Under the pieces are notes generated by a model. The model had not been told where the DNA came from. It did not search any database and saw nothing but the letters and a program-made list of their open reading frames with translations. Below are positions 11,264-20,760 of a DNA stretch of 47,530 nt, piece after piece (position 1 is the stretch's first letter; the number at the start of each line of letters is the position of its first letter). The stretch is from Thermoplasmatales archaeon SW_10_69_26 (GTDB lineage Archaea; Thermoplasmatota; SW-10-69-26), in assembly GCA_003009755.1 (NCBI GenBank), contig PXUB01000034.1:1-47530 (forward strand), in the 5' to 3' direction. A program made the translations under genes and the position numbers.

Positions 11264-13167
11264 GTGCGCCGGCTGCTGCTTTTGGCTCTGTGCCTGACGC
11301 CGACCGCCAGCGGCCTCACCGTGGACCTGGCCGCCCCGAACGCGGCCCCGATCGAGTCGACGCCCTTCGCCGTCGACGTCGCGATCGAGGACGCCGGCGA
11401 ACCCGTCGAGATCAAGGCCTGGCTCGGCTCCGAGGATGCCCAAGCCTCCCGGACCTGGAACGGCACCAGCTTCCAGCGATCGGACTTCTACGCCCGCACC
11501 GTCGACCCCGAGGCCGGCAGCTGGCAGGGCCGGCTGTGGCTGCAAGCCAACCCCGACTCCAGCAACGCGGACGCGCTGGCGGCCGACGAGCTGACCGTCG
11601 GCGTGCGAGCCCGGACGAGCACCGACACCGCCGATGCCCTCGCCGACGTCCCCGGCCCCTGGCCGTGCCCGACCCCGAGCCCAGCCTCGACGTCTGCGGC
11701 CCCGAAGGGTGCTCGCCCGGCCTCGGCTGGAACCTGTCCCGTGCCAGCGAGACCGACGTCGAGCTCACCCAGCGACCGTCGAGCGATCGCGGCGGCGTGA
11801 TCGTGGCTGGCGACCGCGTCTGCCTGCTCCCACCGAGCCCCGAGGAGGGTCCCTGGCGGCTCGCGGTGGACCAGCTGGCCTCAACCGGTGCCTGCCGGCC
11901 CGCCGACCCCGGGTCCGCCGTGGCCGAGCTGTTCCACCTGGGGGAGGCGCTCGACAGGGCGCCCGAACGCCCGGGCCGGGGGGAGGTCGTCCGCGACCCC
12001 GTTGCGGGAGGATGGGCCCCATGGCGCCTGCCTCCCGGTGTGGACGCGCAGCCGGTCACGGCTCGGCGCGTCGAGGGCCACGTGAGCGTGTTCGGTACCC
12101 GGGAAGCCGGCTTGGTCACGCTCGCGGACGTGCTGGCCGAAGCCCAGCACCGCGTCACCGCGTCCACCTACCTGTTGACGAGCCCGGCCGTCGGGGACCT
12201 GCTCGCCCAGACGGCCCAGCGCGGCGTCGACGTGCACCTGTACCTCGAACCCGACCCGGTCGGCGGCCAACCCGCGGCCACGCCCCGCCTGATCGACCGT
12301 CTGGAACGGGCCGGCGTCCACGTGCACGAGGCCGAGGGGCCGACCGACGGGGGCCTCCAGCACGCCAAGATCGTCGTCGTCGACTCCGGGCTGGCGCTCG
12401 TCCTCACCGAGAACATGACCGAGCACGGCCTCCCCCGCGATGGCGAGGGCAACCGCGGCGTCGGGATCGGGCTCGCCAACGCTAGCCTGGCGGCCCGCCT
12501 GGAGGCGATCTTCCGTTCGCCGGGCGAAGGCCGGGAGATCCGACCCGACGGTTGGCGAGCGATCCAGGCGCCGGTCGCCGTCGTCACCGCGCCCGAGAAC
12601 GCCTGGCGGGCCTCCGGCGTGCCGGCCTGGATCGAGGACGCCGAGGGGTCGCTCGTGGGCGCGGTCCTGCGGGCCAACCCGCGCTGGGGACCGCGCTCGA
12701 ACGCCTGGCTGGACGCGATGGTCGACCACAGCCGCGGATCGTCGGTCGAGGTGACGCTCAGCGGCGTCCCCGAGGGCGCCGCCCGGTCGAACCGGGAGGC
12801 GATCGCCTACCTGGAAGCTCACCCGGACGCCAGCGACCTCGACGCTCGACTGTCCGATCCCCGCCAGGGGACCCTGCACGCGAAAGCGATCGCTACGCCC
12901 TCGGCCGCGCTCGTGGGATCGACGAACTGGGGGCTGGGCGGGGTGTTGCTCAACCGCGAGGTCAACCTGCTCGTCCACGACGGTCGCGTCGCCGAGGAGG
13001 TCCGCGAGGTCCTGCAGGGCCCCGAGCCCGGCGCCGGCCTCGGACCGGTCGGGCCCGCGCGGGAGGCGGTGCCCGCGCCCGGGATCCTCGGGGCCGCCCT
13101 CGCGGCGATCGTCGGCCTCAGCTGCCGCTTGACGCGATCGGGACCAGGCCGTGGACGTCGAAGGTGA
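11264..13167 (+). pseudogene. Secreted phospholipase D-like domain protein, split by a 1-bp frameshift near 11650
   Basis: Signal peptide and N-domain lie in the frame of 11144..11800. The PLD part (HAKIVVVD..TEN; HAKAIA..GSTNW..NREV) lies in the frame of 11290..13167. The frames join at a C-run gacgtccccggccc. Could be a sequencing error. Confidence 0.75.
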
Positions 13168-13633
13168 CGGTGCCGTTGCCGCGGGCGTCCATGCCGACCT
13201 GCCACTCGCCGGCCGTCGGGGTCGGGAAATCGAACCCGGCCTCGGCCGGTTGCGAGCGGGTGAGGTTGCGCTCCTCGCCGTCGGCGGTCACGACGTAGGT
13301 GCGGACCTCGCCCTCGGGGCTGTCCTCCGGCACCACGCCGCCGGGGTCGGGGTTGGAGAACTCGATCGAGAACGTGACCGTCACCTGGCGGGTGTCCGGC
13401 GGCACGCGGAAGCTCTGGTTCCACTGGGAGGCGACGTCGGACTCGTCCTCGACGGTGCGGTTCGGGTCCGCGACCCCGGCCGGCGTGAACGGGACGCGTT
13501 CGAGCAACAGCGTGCGGTCCTCGAACTCGTCCTGGGCCTCCAGGTCGTTGCGGAGCTGGTCGACGACGCTGCCGTCCAGGCAGCCGGTCAGGGCCGAGGC
13601 CAGAACCATCACGGCGACGAGCCGGACCCGCAT
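13118..13633 (-). CDS. Hypothetical lipoprotein (beta-sandwich)
   Basis: Lipobox ALTGC and acidic composition. TATA-like tttttta about 26 bp upstream of the ATG. Confidence 0.8.
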   Translation of the reverse strand: MRVRLVAVMVLASALTGCLDGSVVDQLRNDLEAQDEFEDRTLLLERVPFTPAGVADPNRTVEDESDVASQWNQSFRVPPDTRQVTVTFSIEFSNPDPGGVVPEDSPEGEVRTYVVTADGEERNLTRSQPAEAGFDFPTPTAGEWQVGMDARGNGTVTFDVHGLVPIASSGS

Positions 13634-13686
13634 ATAGCATTGAATGGCCAGCTCATCCTAAAAAAGGCCGTCGGAGAGGACGAGCG

Positions 13687-14194
13687 AGACTGCCGGCGAT
13701 GCTTGGGTTCGGCTCTCGCCGCCCTCAGGCGGTGAAAGCGCGGAGCCGAGACGACGGAAGGCCCACAGGCCTTTCGAGGTCGACGGCGACAACGCTTGCA
13801 ACAGGCGCACTTGTGGACCTTGCGTCGTCACCGGCCTGCGGGCGGCCTCGCCGTGAGGGGGGTCACGGAGACCGCTCTCCCTCGATTTGGTGAACATTTC
13901 CTGGCCAACCGCTCGTAGGGGGAGACCGTGGGACCGGAAATGTTCTGGTGCGCCGGTCTAAGGTGGGCCATCTTGCTGTACGAATCGGAGATGCGCAGCC
14001 GAGATCGGTCCGGACGGCGGACCGATGCTCGGCCGTTGTCGGCCCCCGTGAGATCTCACGAGAGGGTTGCCGTCCTCGGGCTCGGCGACCGTGCCACGCT
14101 CCCTCGCACGAGCCTTCCGGGCTCGTAGGTTCGGGAGACCGTACCTGGTCTCCCGAGACCCGCGAGAGCCTAAGCAAAACAAGACCGGCAGTCT
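13687..14194. mobile_element. MITE-like or structured-RNA repeat element with terminal inverted repeats
   Basis: agactgccgg (13687-13696) and ccggcagtct (14185-14194) form a perfect inverted repeat, extended by ggctctcgc/gcgagagcc. Many internal hairpins, no credible ORF, second copy at 1-264. Confidence 0.6.
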
Positions 14195-15992
14195 AGGAGA
14201 CGAGCTCGGGGTCGTAGTAGTACTCGCCCTCGCGCTTTTGCTCCTTGTCCTTCCGGGAGCCGGGCTTGTTGATGCGCGGGCGCTTGGTGTCGCGGTCCCG
14301 GCGGAAGGTGACGTCGACGTTCGCGAGGAACCGGTTCATGCCATCGCGCATGTCCATGGGGCCATGCGAGGTCCCCTCGACGCCGGGCTCGCCCTCGAAG
14401 ACCATCAGGCTGTCGGCGATCAGGTCGATGAGGTAGACGTCGTGGTCGACGACGAGCGCGCTCGTCGACCGCTGCTCCATGACCCGGCGCAGGGCCTTGG
14501 CGACGAGCATGCGCTGGTTGACGTCGAGGAAGGCGCTGGGCTCGTCGAGCAGGTACAGGTCGGCGTCCCGGCCCAGGCACAGGGCGCACGCGACGCGCTG
14601 CAGTTCGCCGCCGGAGAGGTCGTTGACGTCGGTGCTCAGCAGGTCGTCCAGCCCGAGCGGGCGGCCGACCTCGTGCTGGAAGAACGGGTCGTCCCAGGCG
14701 TCGGCCATCGTCGAGTAGAACATCGACTCGACGGTGCCGTCGAACTCCGCCTTCAGGTACTGCGGCTTGTAGCTGACCTGCACGTCGAGGTCCAGCGTGC
14801 CCTCGGTGGGGTCCTCGCCGCCGGCGAGCAGCTTGACGAGCGTCGTCTTCCCGATCCCGTTCGGACCGAGCACGCCGACGACCTCGCCCTCGTGCAGGGT
14901 CCCGCCGTCGGTGTGGAACCGGAACCCGTCGTCACCGTACTGCTTGGCGATCTCGCCGTAGGTGACGAGCTCGCCGCGCTCGAACCGCTTCCGCGGCGGG
15001 TGCGCGGTGAACTCGATCTCCTCCTCGCGGATTCGCACGTTCTCCTCCGGCAGGAACCCGTCGAGGTAGGCGTTGATCGACCCGCGCGTGCTGCGAGGCA
15101 GGCCCATGATGCCGTAGGCGGCCTGCTCGCCGTACAGGACGTGCACGACGTCGCTGACCAGGTCGAGGATCGCCAGGTCGTGCTCGACGACGAGCACCCG
15201 GCGGTCGGCCTCGTCCACGAGCTCGCGGATGAGACGCGCCGTCGTCGTGCGCTGCTCGACGTCGAGGTAGCTGGACGGCTCGTCGAACATGTACACGTCG
15301 GCGTCCTTGAGCGCGGTCGCGGCGATCGCGACGCGCTGCAGCTCGCCGCCGCTGAGGTTGCCCAGCTCGCTGTCCAGCGTGTGCTGGATCTGAAGCTGGT
15401 CGACCAGCTCGTCGAGCTTGCCCCGCTCGTCGACGCTGGCCAGCAGATCGCTGACGTTGCCGTCGACGACCTTCGGCATCTGGTCGACGTACTGCGGCTT
15501 CGTGGCGACCTCGATCTCGCCCTCGGCCACCTGAGCCAGGTAGTCGTGCAGCTCGGTGCCCGCGTACTCGTCCAGCACGTCCTCCCAGGAGGCCTCGGAG
15601 GCCCACTCCCCCAGGTTCGGGGTGCTTCGACCGTTGAGGAAGGACAGCGCGGTCGACTTGCCGATGCCGTTGGGGCCCAGCAGGCCGACGACCTGGCCCT
15701 GCTTGGGGACGGGCAGTCGGAACAGGCGGAAGGCGTTCTCGTCGTACTGGTGGACGAGATCCTCCTCAAGCTCGTCGGGCAGGTTGATGATGTCGATCGC
15801 GTCGAACGGGCACTTGTTGACGCAGATCCCGCACCCGATGCACAGCTCCTCGCTGATCACGGGCTGGTCGCCCGGTTCGTCGTGGTAGATCGTCTCCGGG
15901 ACGCCGGCCCGCACCTTGGGACAGTAGTTGATGCACTCGTAGTTGCACTTCTTCGGTTGGCATTTGTCCCGGTCGAGGACGGCGACGCGCAC
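14193..15992 (-). CDS. rli: Ribosome recycling ABC ATPase ABCE1/RLI
   Basis: N-terminal Fe-S domain (CQPKKCNYECINYCP, CIGCGICVNKCP). Two NBDs (GPNGIGKS/T, LSGGELQR, DEPS) and the TFRRD..RPRINK hinge. Confidence 0.98.
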   Translation of the reverse strand: MRVAVLDRDKCQPKKCNYECINYCPKVRAGVPETIYHDEPGDQPVISEELCIGCGICVNKCPFDAIDIINLPDELEEDLVHQYDENAFRLFRLPVPKQGQVVGLLGPNGIGKSTALSFLNGRSTPNLGEWASEASWEDVLDEYAGTELHDYLAQVAEGEIEVATKPQYVDQMPKVVDGNVSDLLASVDERGKLDELVDQLQIQHTLDSELGNLSGGELQRVAIAATALKDADVYMFDEPSSYLDVEQRTTTARLIRELVDEADRRVLVVEHDLAILDLVSDVVHVLYGEQAAYGIMGLPRSTRGSINAYLDGFLPEENVRIREEEIEFTAHPPRKRFERGELVTYGEIAKQYGDDGFRFHTDGGTLHEGEVVGVLGPNGIGKTTLVKLLAGGEDPTEGTLDLDVQVSYKPQYLKAEFDGTVESMFYSTMADAWDDPFFQHEVGRPLGLDDLLSTDVNDLSGGELQRVACALCLGRDADLYLLDEPSAFLDVNQRMLVAKALRRVMEQRSTSALVVDHDVYLIDLIADSLMVFEGEPGVEGTSHGPMDMRDGMNRFLANVDVTFRRDRDTKRPRINKPGSRKDKEQKREGEYYYDPELVS

Positions 15993-16134
15993 GACGGCGG
16001 CAGGTAGCCTCGGCCCCCTTTTAAGCCTTGGTCACGGTGGGCCAACGGCCCCATCCCCCGACGGGGACCAAGAGTGGAAGAGGCGACGTGCGCTCCCCGG
16101 CCGACCATCCCCCTCCCGCCGCCGAGCATCCCCC

Positions 16135-17436
16135 GTGCACAGGCGGACCCTCCTCGTGCTCGCCGTGCTCGCCCTGACCGTGGCTCCCGTCGTCGGCAGC
16201 CTCGTCGAGTTCTTCGACACAGACCGGTGGGGCCGGGAGGTCGAGCTGGCCGGCGGTGCCGAGGTCGAGGGCGATCCCACGAGGGACGACCGGATGCAGG
16301 CGCGGATCGAGGCCGAGGATCGACAGGCCGAGGTCACCGTGGACCGAACCCTCGCCGGCCTCGTCGACGAGTCGCCCCGAAGCCAGGCGATCCGGGAGGC
16401 CTCCCCAACCGGCCCGGCCCAGGCGCAGCTGCGGCTGGCCGCCGGGCCTGTCGAGCGGGCCGAGGCCGGTGACGTCTCCCCCGCCTTCGCTCTGCAGGCC
16501 CGCGTGAGCGTCGACGGAGACGAGGGGTTCGAGACCGCCTGGCTTCGCCTCGACGGGGACCGTTGGACCGAGCTCGAGCCGGCGGGCTGGGCCGGCGACC
16601 GGCGGGTCCTCCTCGGCGAGGTGGCTGCTCGCACGCTGCCAGCCGGCGAGACCACGCACGTGGACGTCGTGTTCGAGCGCGAGCCCGCGCCTGGTGCCCG
16701 TCACGTCGTGCAGGGGCCCGGCTTCGACGTGTTCGCCGACGCCGAGGGCCCGCCCGAGCCCACGCTCGCTATCGACGAGGGGACGATCCGGGTCGGCTCC
16801 GGTGCCGAGGAGGTGCACGCCCAAGCGCGGACCCCCGGCGAGGATTGGCGTCCCGTGCCCGTGCGGGAGGGATCGATCGATCCCGCCGGCGAGGGCCCGC
16901 TCGAGGTGCGGGCGCGCGGCGTCGACGCCGTGGGGAACACCGGCCCCTGGAGCCCGACCCACCGCGTCGAGACCGTCACCGAGCCCGACCCCGCGCCGAC
17001 GGTGGCCTTCCAGCTGAGGGCGCCCGACGAGGGCCAGACGATCGAGGGCGTCGCCGCCGTCGACTGGCGCCCCGCCGACCGGGCCCAGGTCGTCGCCGTC
17101 GAGGCTCACTCGGCCGAGCACGGCAACAGCACGATCTCCGAGGGCGCCAGCCAGCCGCCGGTCCGCTGGCGGACCGGCTTCGTGCCGGACGGCAAGTGGA
17201 CGCTGCACGTGCGAGCCCAGACGCCGCAGGGGCTCGTGTCCGAGCTGGTGACGGTGACCGTGGACAACCTCGAGCACGGGCCGGCCGGCGACGGGGCCGA
17301 CGACGACGGCCCGGCCCCCTCACGCGATCCGGTGCAACGCACGCGATCGCCGCTGTCGGCCGCGCTGGCCTCCGGCGCGGGAGCGCTCGCGCTGGTCGCG
17401 CTCGTCGGGCGGGCCTGGAAGCGAAGACCCAAGTAA
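16135..17436 (+). CDS. Hypothetical secreted, C-terminally anchored protein with Ig/FN3-like domains
   Basis: Signal MHRRTLLVLAVLAL (GTG at 16135). Contains VRARGVDAVGNTGPWS and VPDGKWTLHVRA..VTVDN. C-terminal TM plus KRRPK. Confidence 0.75.
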   Translation: MHRRTLLVLAVLALTVAPVVGSLVEFFDTDRWGREVELAGGAEVEGDPTRDDRMQARIEAEDRQAEVTVDRTLAGLVDESPRSQAIREASPTGPAQAQLRLAAGPVERAEAGDVSPAFALQARVSVDGDEGFETAWLRLDGDRWTELEPAGWAGDRRVLLGEVAARTLPAGETTHVDVVFEREPAPGARHVVQGPGFDVFADAEGPPEPTLAIDEGTIRVGSGAEEVHAQARTPGEDWRPVPVREGSIDPAGEGPLEVRARGVDAVGNTGPWSPTHRVETVTEPDPAPTVAFQLRAPDEGQTIEGVAAVDWRPADRAQVVAVEAHSAEHGNSTISEGASQPPVRWRTGFVPDGKWTLHVRAQTPQGLVSELVTVTVDNLEHGPAGDGADDDGPAPSRDPVQRTRSPLSAALASGAGALALVALVGRAWKRRPK

Positions 17437-17460
17437 GCCCTTCGTCGTGGGTCGGCGTTC

Positions 17461-18519
17461 ATGGCAGAGGCCCACAGCGAGCCCGACAACGGCCACGAGA
17501 TGCCCCACGACGGGGTCGAGGAGGACACCGAGGTCGGCGCGGCCATCGCCATGGGCGTCATCTTCGTCGGTACGATCGGGCTGGCGCTTCTCCTCGCCGA
17601 GCTGTTGCAGGGCCAGGTCCCGGCGGCCTTCGAGGATCCCCAGGACCCGACGAACCCCCTGCTGTACCTGGGCCTGGTCATCGCGTTCACCGCTGGCATC
17701 TTGCTCGTCGCCAAGCTCGACCTCGACTGGATCATCCAGGCCGTCGTGCTCGGCGCCGTCGCCTTGACGATGGTCTACCTCTACGAGCCGATCCTCGCTC
17801 TGATCCCCGGGCTCGGCGGGGCCCCGGCCTTCTCCCTCAGCCTGGCGCTGGGCGCCGGTCTGACCGCGCTGTTGTACTTCTACCCCGAGTGGTACGTCGT
17901 CGACGCGGCCGCGATCTCCGTCGGCGCCGGCGCCACCGGCCTGTTCGGGTTCTCGTTCGGCATCGTGCCCGCGCTCGTGCTCTTGATCGCGTTCGCCGTC
18001 TACGATGCCATCGCCGTCTACCGCACCGAGCACATGCTCGACCTCGCCGACAGCGTCGTCGGGCTCCGCCTGCCCGTCATGCTCGTCGTCCCCAAGGTCG
18101 CCGGCTACTCCTTCCGCGAGGAGATCGAGCAGGAGGACGTGCCCGGCGAGCCCGCCGAGACCGCCGAGGAGCCTCCCCGACCGACCGAGGACGAGGAGGC
18201 CACCGAGGCCGAGGGCCAGGACGCGCTGTTCATGGGGCTGGGCGACATCGTCATCCCCGGCGTCCTCGTCGTCTCCTCCCACGTCTTCCTCGGCGACTAC
18301 GCGGCCAGCCTCGACGCCGTGGTCGGCCTGTCGCCGGCCGTGTTCGTCGCCTTGACGACCCTCGTGGGAGCCACCGCCGGGTTCGCGGTCCTGATGCGCA
18401 GCGTGCTGAAGGGCAACCCGCACGCCGGGCTGCCCGCCCTCAACGGCGGCGCCCTGCTCGGCTTCCTGATCCCGGTCCTGTGGCTGTTCGGGACGGCGCC
18501 CTTGATCCCGCAGTTCTGA
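17461..18519 (+). CDS. Presenilin-family intramembrane aspartyl protease (PSH)
   Basis: Multi-TM protein with catalytic YD (AVYDAIAV), GLGD and a PAL-type motif (HAGLPALN). Confidence 0.95.
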   Translation: MAEAHSEPDNGHEMPHDGVEEDTEVGAAIAMGVIFVGTIGLALLLAELLQGQVPAAFEDPQDPTNPLLYLGLVIAFTAGILLVAKLDLDWIIQAVVLGAVALTMVYLYEPILALIPGLGGAPAFSLSLALGAGLTALLYFYPEWYVVDAAAISVGAGATGLFGFSFGIVPALVLLIAFAVYDAIAVYRTEHMLDLADSVVGLRLPVMLVVPKVAGYSFREEIEQEDVPGEPAETAEEPPRPTEDEEATEAEGQDALFMGLGDIVIPGVLVVSSHVFLGDYAASLDAVVGLSPAVFVALTTLVGATAGFAVLMRSVLKGNPHAGLPALNGGALLGFLIPVLWLFGTAPLIPQF

Positions 18520-18877
18520 GGTTCGGCTGATCGGTGTCTGTCCGCGACGGGGGTATCGATCCTGGGGAGATGATCCGAGAGGCAGGGGCAGCCCTGGCTT
18601 CGTTCGTGGAATGCATCACCCGGGGGACACCTCGACGGGCGGCGCGATCACTCTGCGATGGGCACCGAGAGGGCCCCTAGCCCGCCAGGAAACGCGGTTC
18701 GTCTAACCTCAGTCGGCCCCCTATTGTCCGTCAGCAGAGGTCACCCATCGCTGCCGCCGGGCTAGCCGCAACCGCCAGGGATCCAGCGCTCCGACGACGT
18801 GACACCGGCGGATGCCTACGCCGGAGGGCGCCTCCGCGCCGACGAAGCCTTATGCGGGGGCGCCGAGCTCGGTCTCC

Positions 18878-19660
18878 GTGTTCGACGCCCTCGACGAGGA
18901 TCCCCGCCTCGGCCTCGCGAACGACACGATCTGGGTGACGGGCGCCTCCAGCGGCATCGGCGAGCAAACCGCCCGCCTGCTGGGGTCGGCCGACGCCCGC
19001 GTCGTGCTCTCCGCCCGCAGCGAGGACCGGCTCGCCGAGCTGGCCGAGGAGGTCCGAGAGGCCGGCGGCCGAGCCCTGGCCGCCCCCGCCGACGTGACCG
19101 AAGCCGACGAGATCGACGCCGCGATTGCGCAAGCCCGCCAGTGGGCCGGCGCCATCGACCACGTGGCCCACGTCGCCGGCTACCCGCTCGACGAGCGCCT
19201 GTGGGACAGCCCGCTGCACGAGCTCGACTAGGCCGACTTCGACCGCGTGCGCGAGGTCGACCTCGAGGGCGCCTGGCGCGTGACCCAAGCCGCCTTGCCC
19301 GACGTCCGCGAGACCGGCGGCGCGATGGTCTACATCTCGTCCACGCCGGCGATCAGCGGCTACAAGGGCACACCCTACACCGAAGCCAAGGCCGCCGTGC
19401 TCGGCCTCATGCGCGACGTCGCCCGCGAGTACGGCGACGACGGCGTGCGCGCCAACGCGCTGGCGCTGGGCAACATCGGGACCGAGGCCACCGTCGAGCA
19501 CACCACCCACGACTACGACGAGCTGGCCCGCGAGGCCGCGCTGGGTCGCTGGGGCCAACCGGCCGAGGCCGCGGCCGCGATCGCCTGGTTCCTCTCGCCG
19601 ATGGCCAGCTTCGTCACCGGACAAACCCTGGTCGTCGACGGCGGGGCGGTGATGCGCTGA
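18878..19660 (+). pseudogene. SDR family oxidoreductase interrupted by an in-frame TAG at 19229-19231
   Basis: TGASSGIG Rossmann motif before the stop. YTEAK catalytic motif and VTGQTLVVDGG follow in the same frame (LHELD*ADFDRV). Confidence 0.85.
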
Positions 19661-20466
19661 TGACCGAGCTGCTCGTCGGCACCTGCGGCTGGTCCTACCC
19701 CGACTGGGTGGGCCCCTTCTACCCGCCCGGCACCGCCAGCGAGGACATGCTGGCCCGCTACGCCGAGGTGTTCGACACCGTCGAGGTCAACAGCTCCTTC
19801 TACGCCGTCCCACCCCGCGAACGCACGCGCCGCTGGGACCGGATCACGCCCGAGGACTTCGACTTCGCCGTGAAAGCCCCCCGTGATCTGACGCACGAGG
19901 CCCGCCTGGACCTGGACGAGGCCGACGACGTCGTCTCGGACTTCGTGACCGCCCTGCGCCCGCTGGGCCTCAAGGTCGGGGTCGTGCTCCTCCAGCTGCC
20001 CCCGTCCCTGACGGCCGACGAGGGCCGCCCGCGCCTGGAGCGGATCCTCGAGGAGGAGGCGATCCCGGCACCGATCGCCGTCGAGGCCCGCCACGAGAGC
20101 TGGAACCATCCCAGCACGTACAGCATGCTGGAGGGCCACGATACGACGTGGGTGTGGAGCGACAACGACCGCTGGTCGTCGCCCTCGGCCCGCACCTCCC
20201 CCGCGGCCTACCTGCGGTTCATCGGCGACCGCGAGACCGAGACCTTCGACGAGCTGCAGCGCGACCCGGAACCCCAGATCCAGCAACGCTGGGCCGACCT
20301 CGAGATGCAGACGGACGCCATCGATACGATCCGCGTCTACGCCAACAACCACTTCGCCGGGTTCGGCCCCGGCGCCGCCAACGCCTTCCTCCGCGTCGCC
20401 GGCCAGGAGCCCAGGGAGTGGGGCGCCGGCGAGCAGGGCGGCCAATCGCAGTTGGGCGAGTTCTGA
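19660..20466 (+). CDS. DUF72 domain-containing protein
   Basis: VGTCGWSYPDWVGPFYP, FDTVEVNSSFYAVP, FAVKAP, LLQLPPS, AVEARHESW and YANNHFAG. Coupled to the SDR gene by TGATG. Confidence 0.93.
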   Translation: MTELLVGTCGWSYPDWVGPFYPPGTASEDMLARYAEVFDTVEVNSSFYAVPPRERTRRWDRITPEDFDFAVKAPRDLTHEARLDLDEADDVVSDFVTALRPLGLKVGVVLLQLPPSLTADEGRPRLERILEEEAIPAPIAVEARHESWNHPSTYSMLEGHDTTWVWSDNDRWSSPSARTSPAAYLRFIGDRETETFDELQRDPEPQIQQRWADLEMQTDAIDTIRVYANNHFAGFGPGAANAFLRVAGQEPREWGAGEQGGQSQLGEF

Positions 20467-20552
20467 GGCGGCGGTCGGGCCCCGCCCGCGCCCGTCGGGC
20501 GTCGTCTGTCGATCGTCTACAGGGGAGGGTTGAAGGGACGTCGGACGGTTGC

Positions 20553-20750
20553 ATGTGCATGGTCTTGGGTCCCACGACAGGGAGCCGGGTCATTCTCGAT
20601 GGAGCTGATGTCTTCGACTTCGATAAGGATGGCAATCCGGGAGTGGGTGACGAGATCAACGCGTTCAAAGTCCAATACAACGTCACCGTCGACGGCGACG
20701 AAACCGACCGGGAAACCATCGAGATCCATGCTGGAGACGATTGTGAATAG
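20553..20750 (+). pseudogene. Short acidic ORF, probable gene remnant
   Basis: Protein-like acidic tail (DVFDFDKDGNPGVGDEI..YNVTVDGDETDRETIEI) ends 10 nt before the next ATG. No convincing N-terminus. Confidence 0.35.
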
Positions 20751-20760
20751 GCGGTAAATC

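Noticed and set aside
13687-14194. RNase P RNA, SRP RNA or group II intron
   Set aside because: No GAGGAAAGUCC, SRP helix-8 or domain V signature recognised, and the element is repeated with a variable middle.
18516-18712. 8-bp inverted repeat ctgaggtt/aacctcag bounding an intergenic segment after PSH (possible MITE)
   Set aside because: Short, single copy in the window, no target duplication; compatible with chance.
18799-19659. N-terminal extension of DUF72 (555-aa ORF)
   Set aside because: Arg-rich off-frame overlap with the SDR gene; the true start is ATG 19660.
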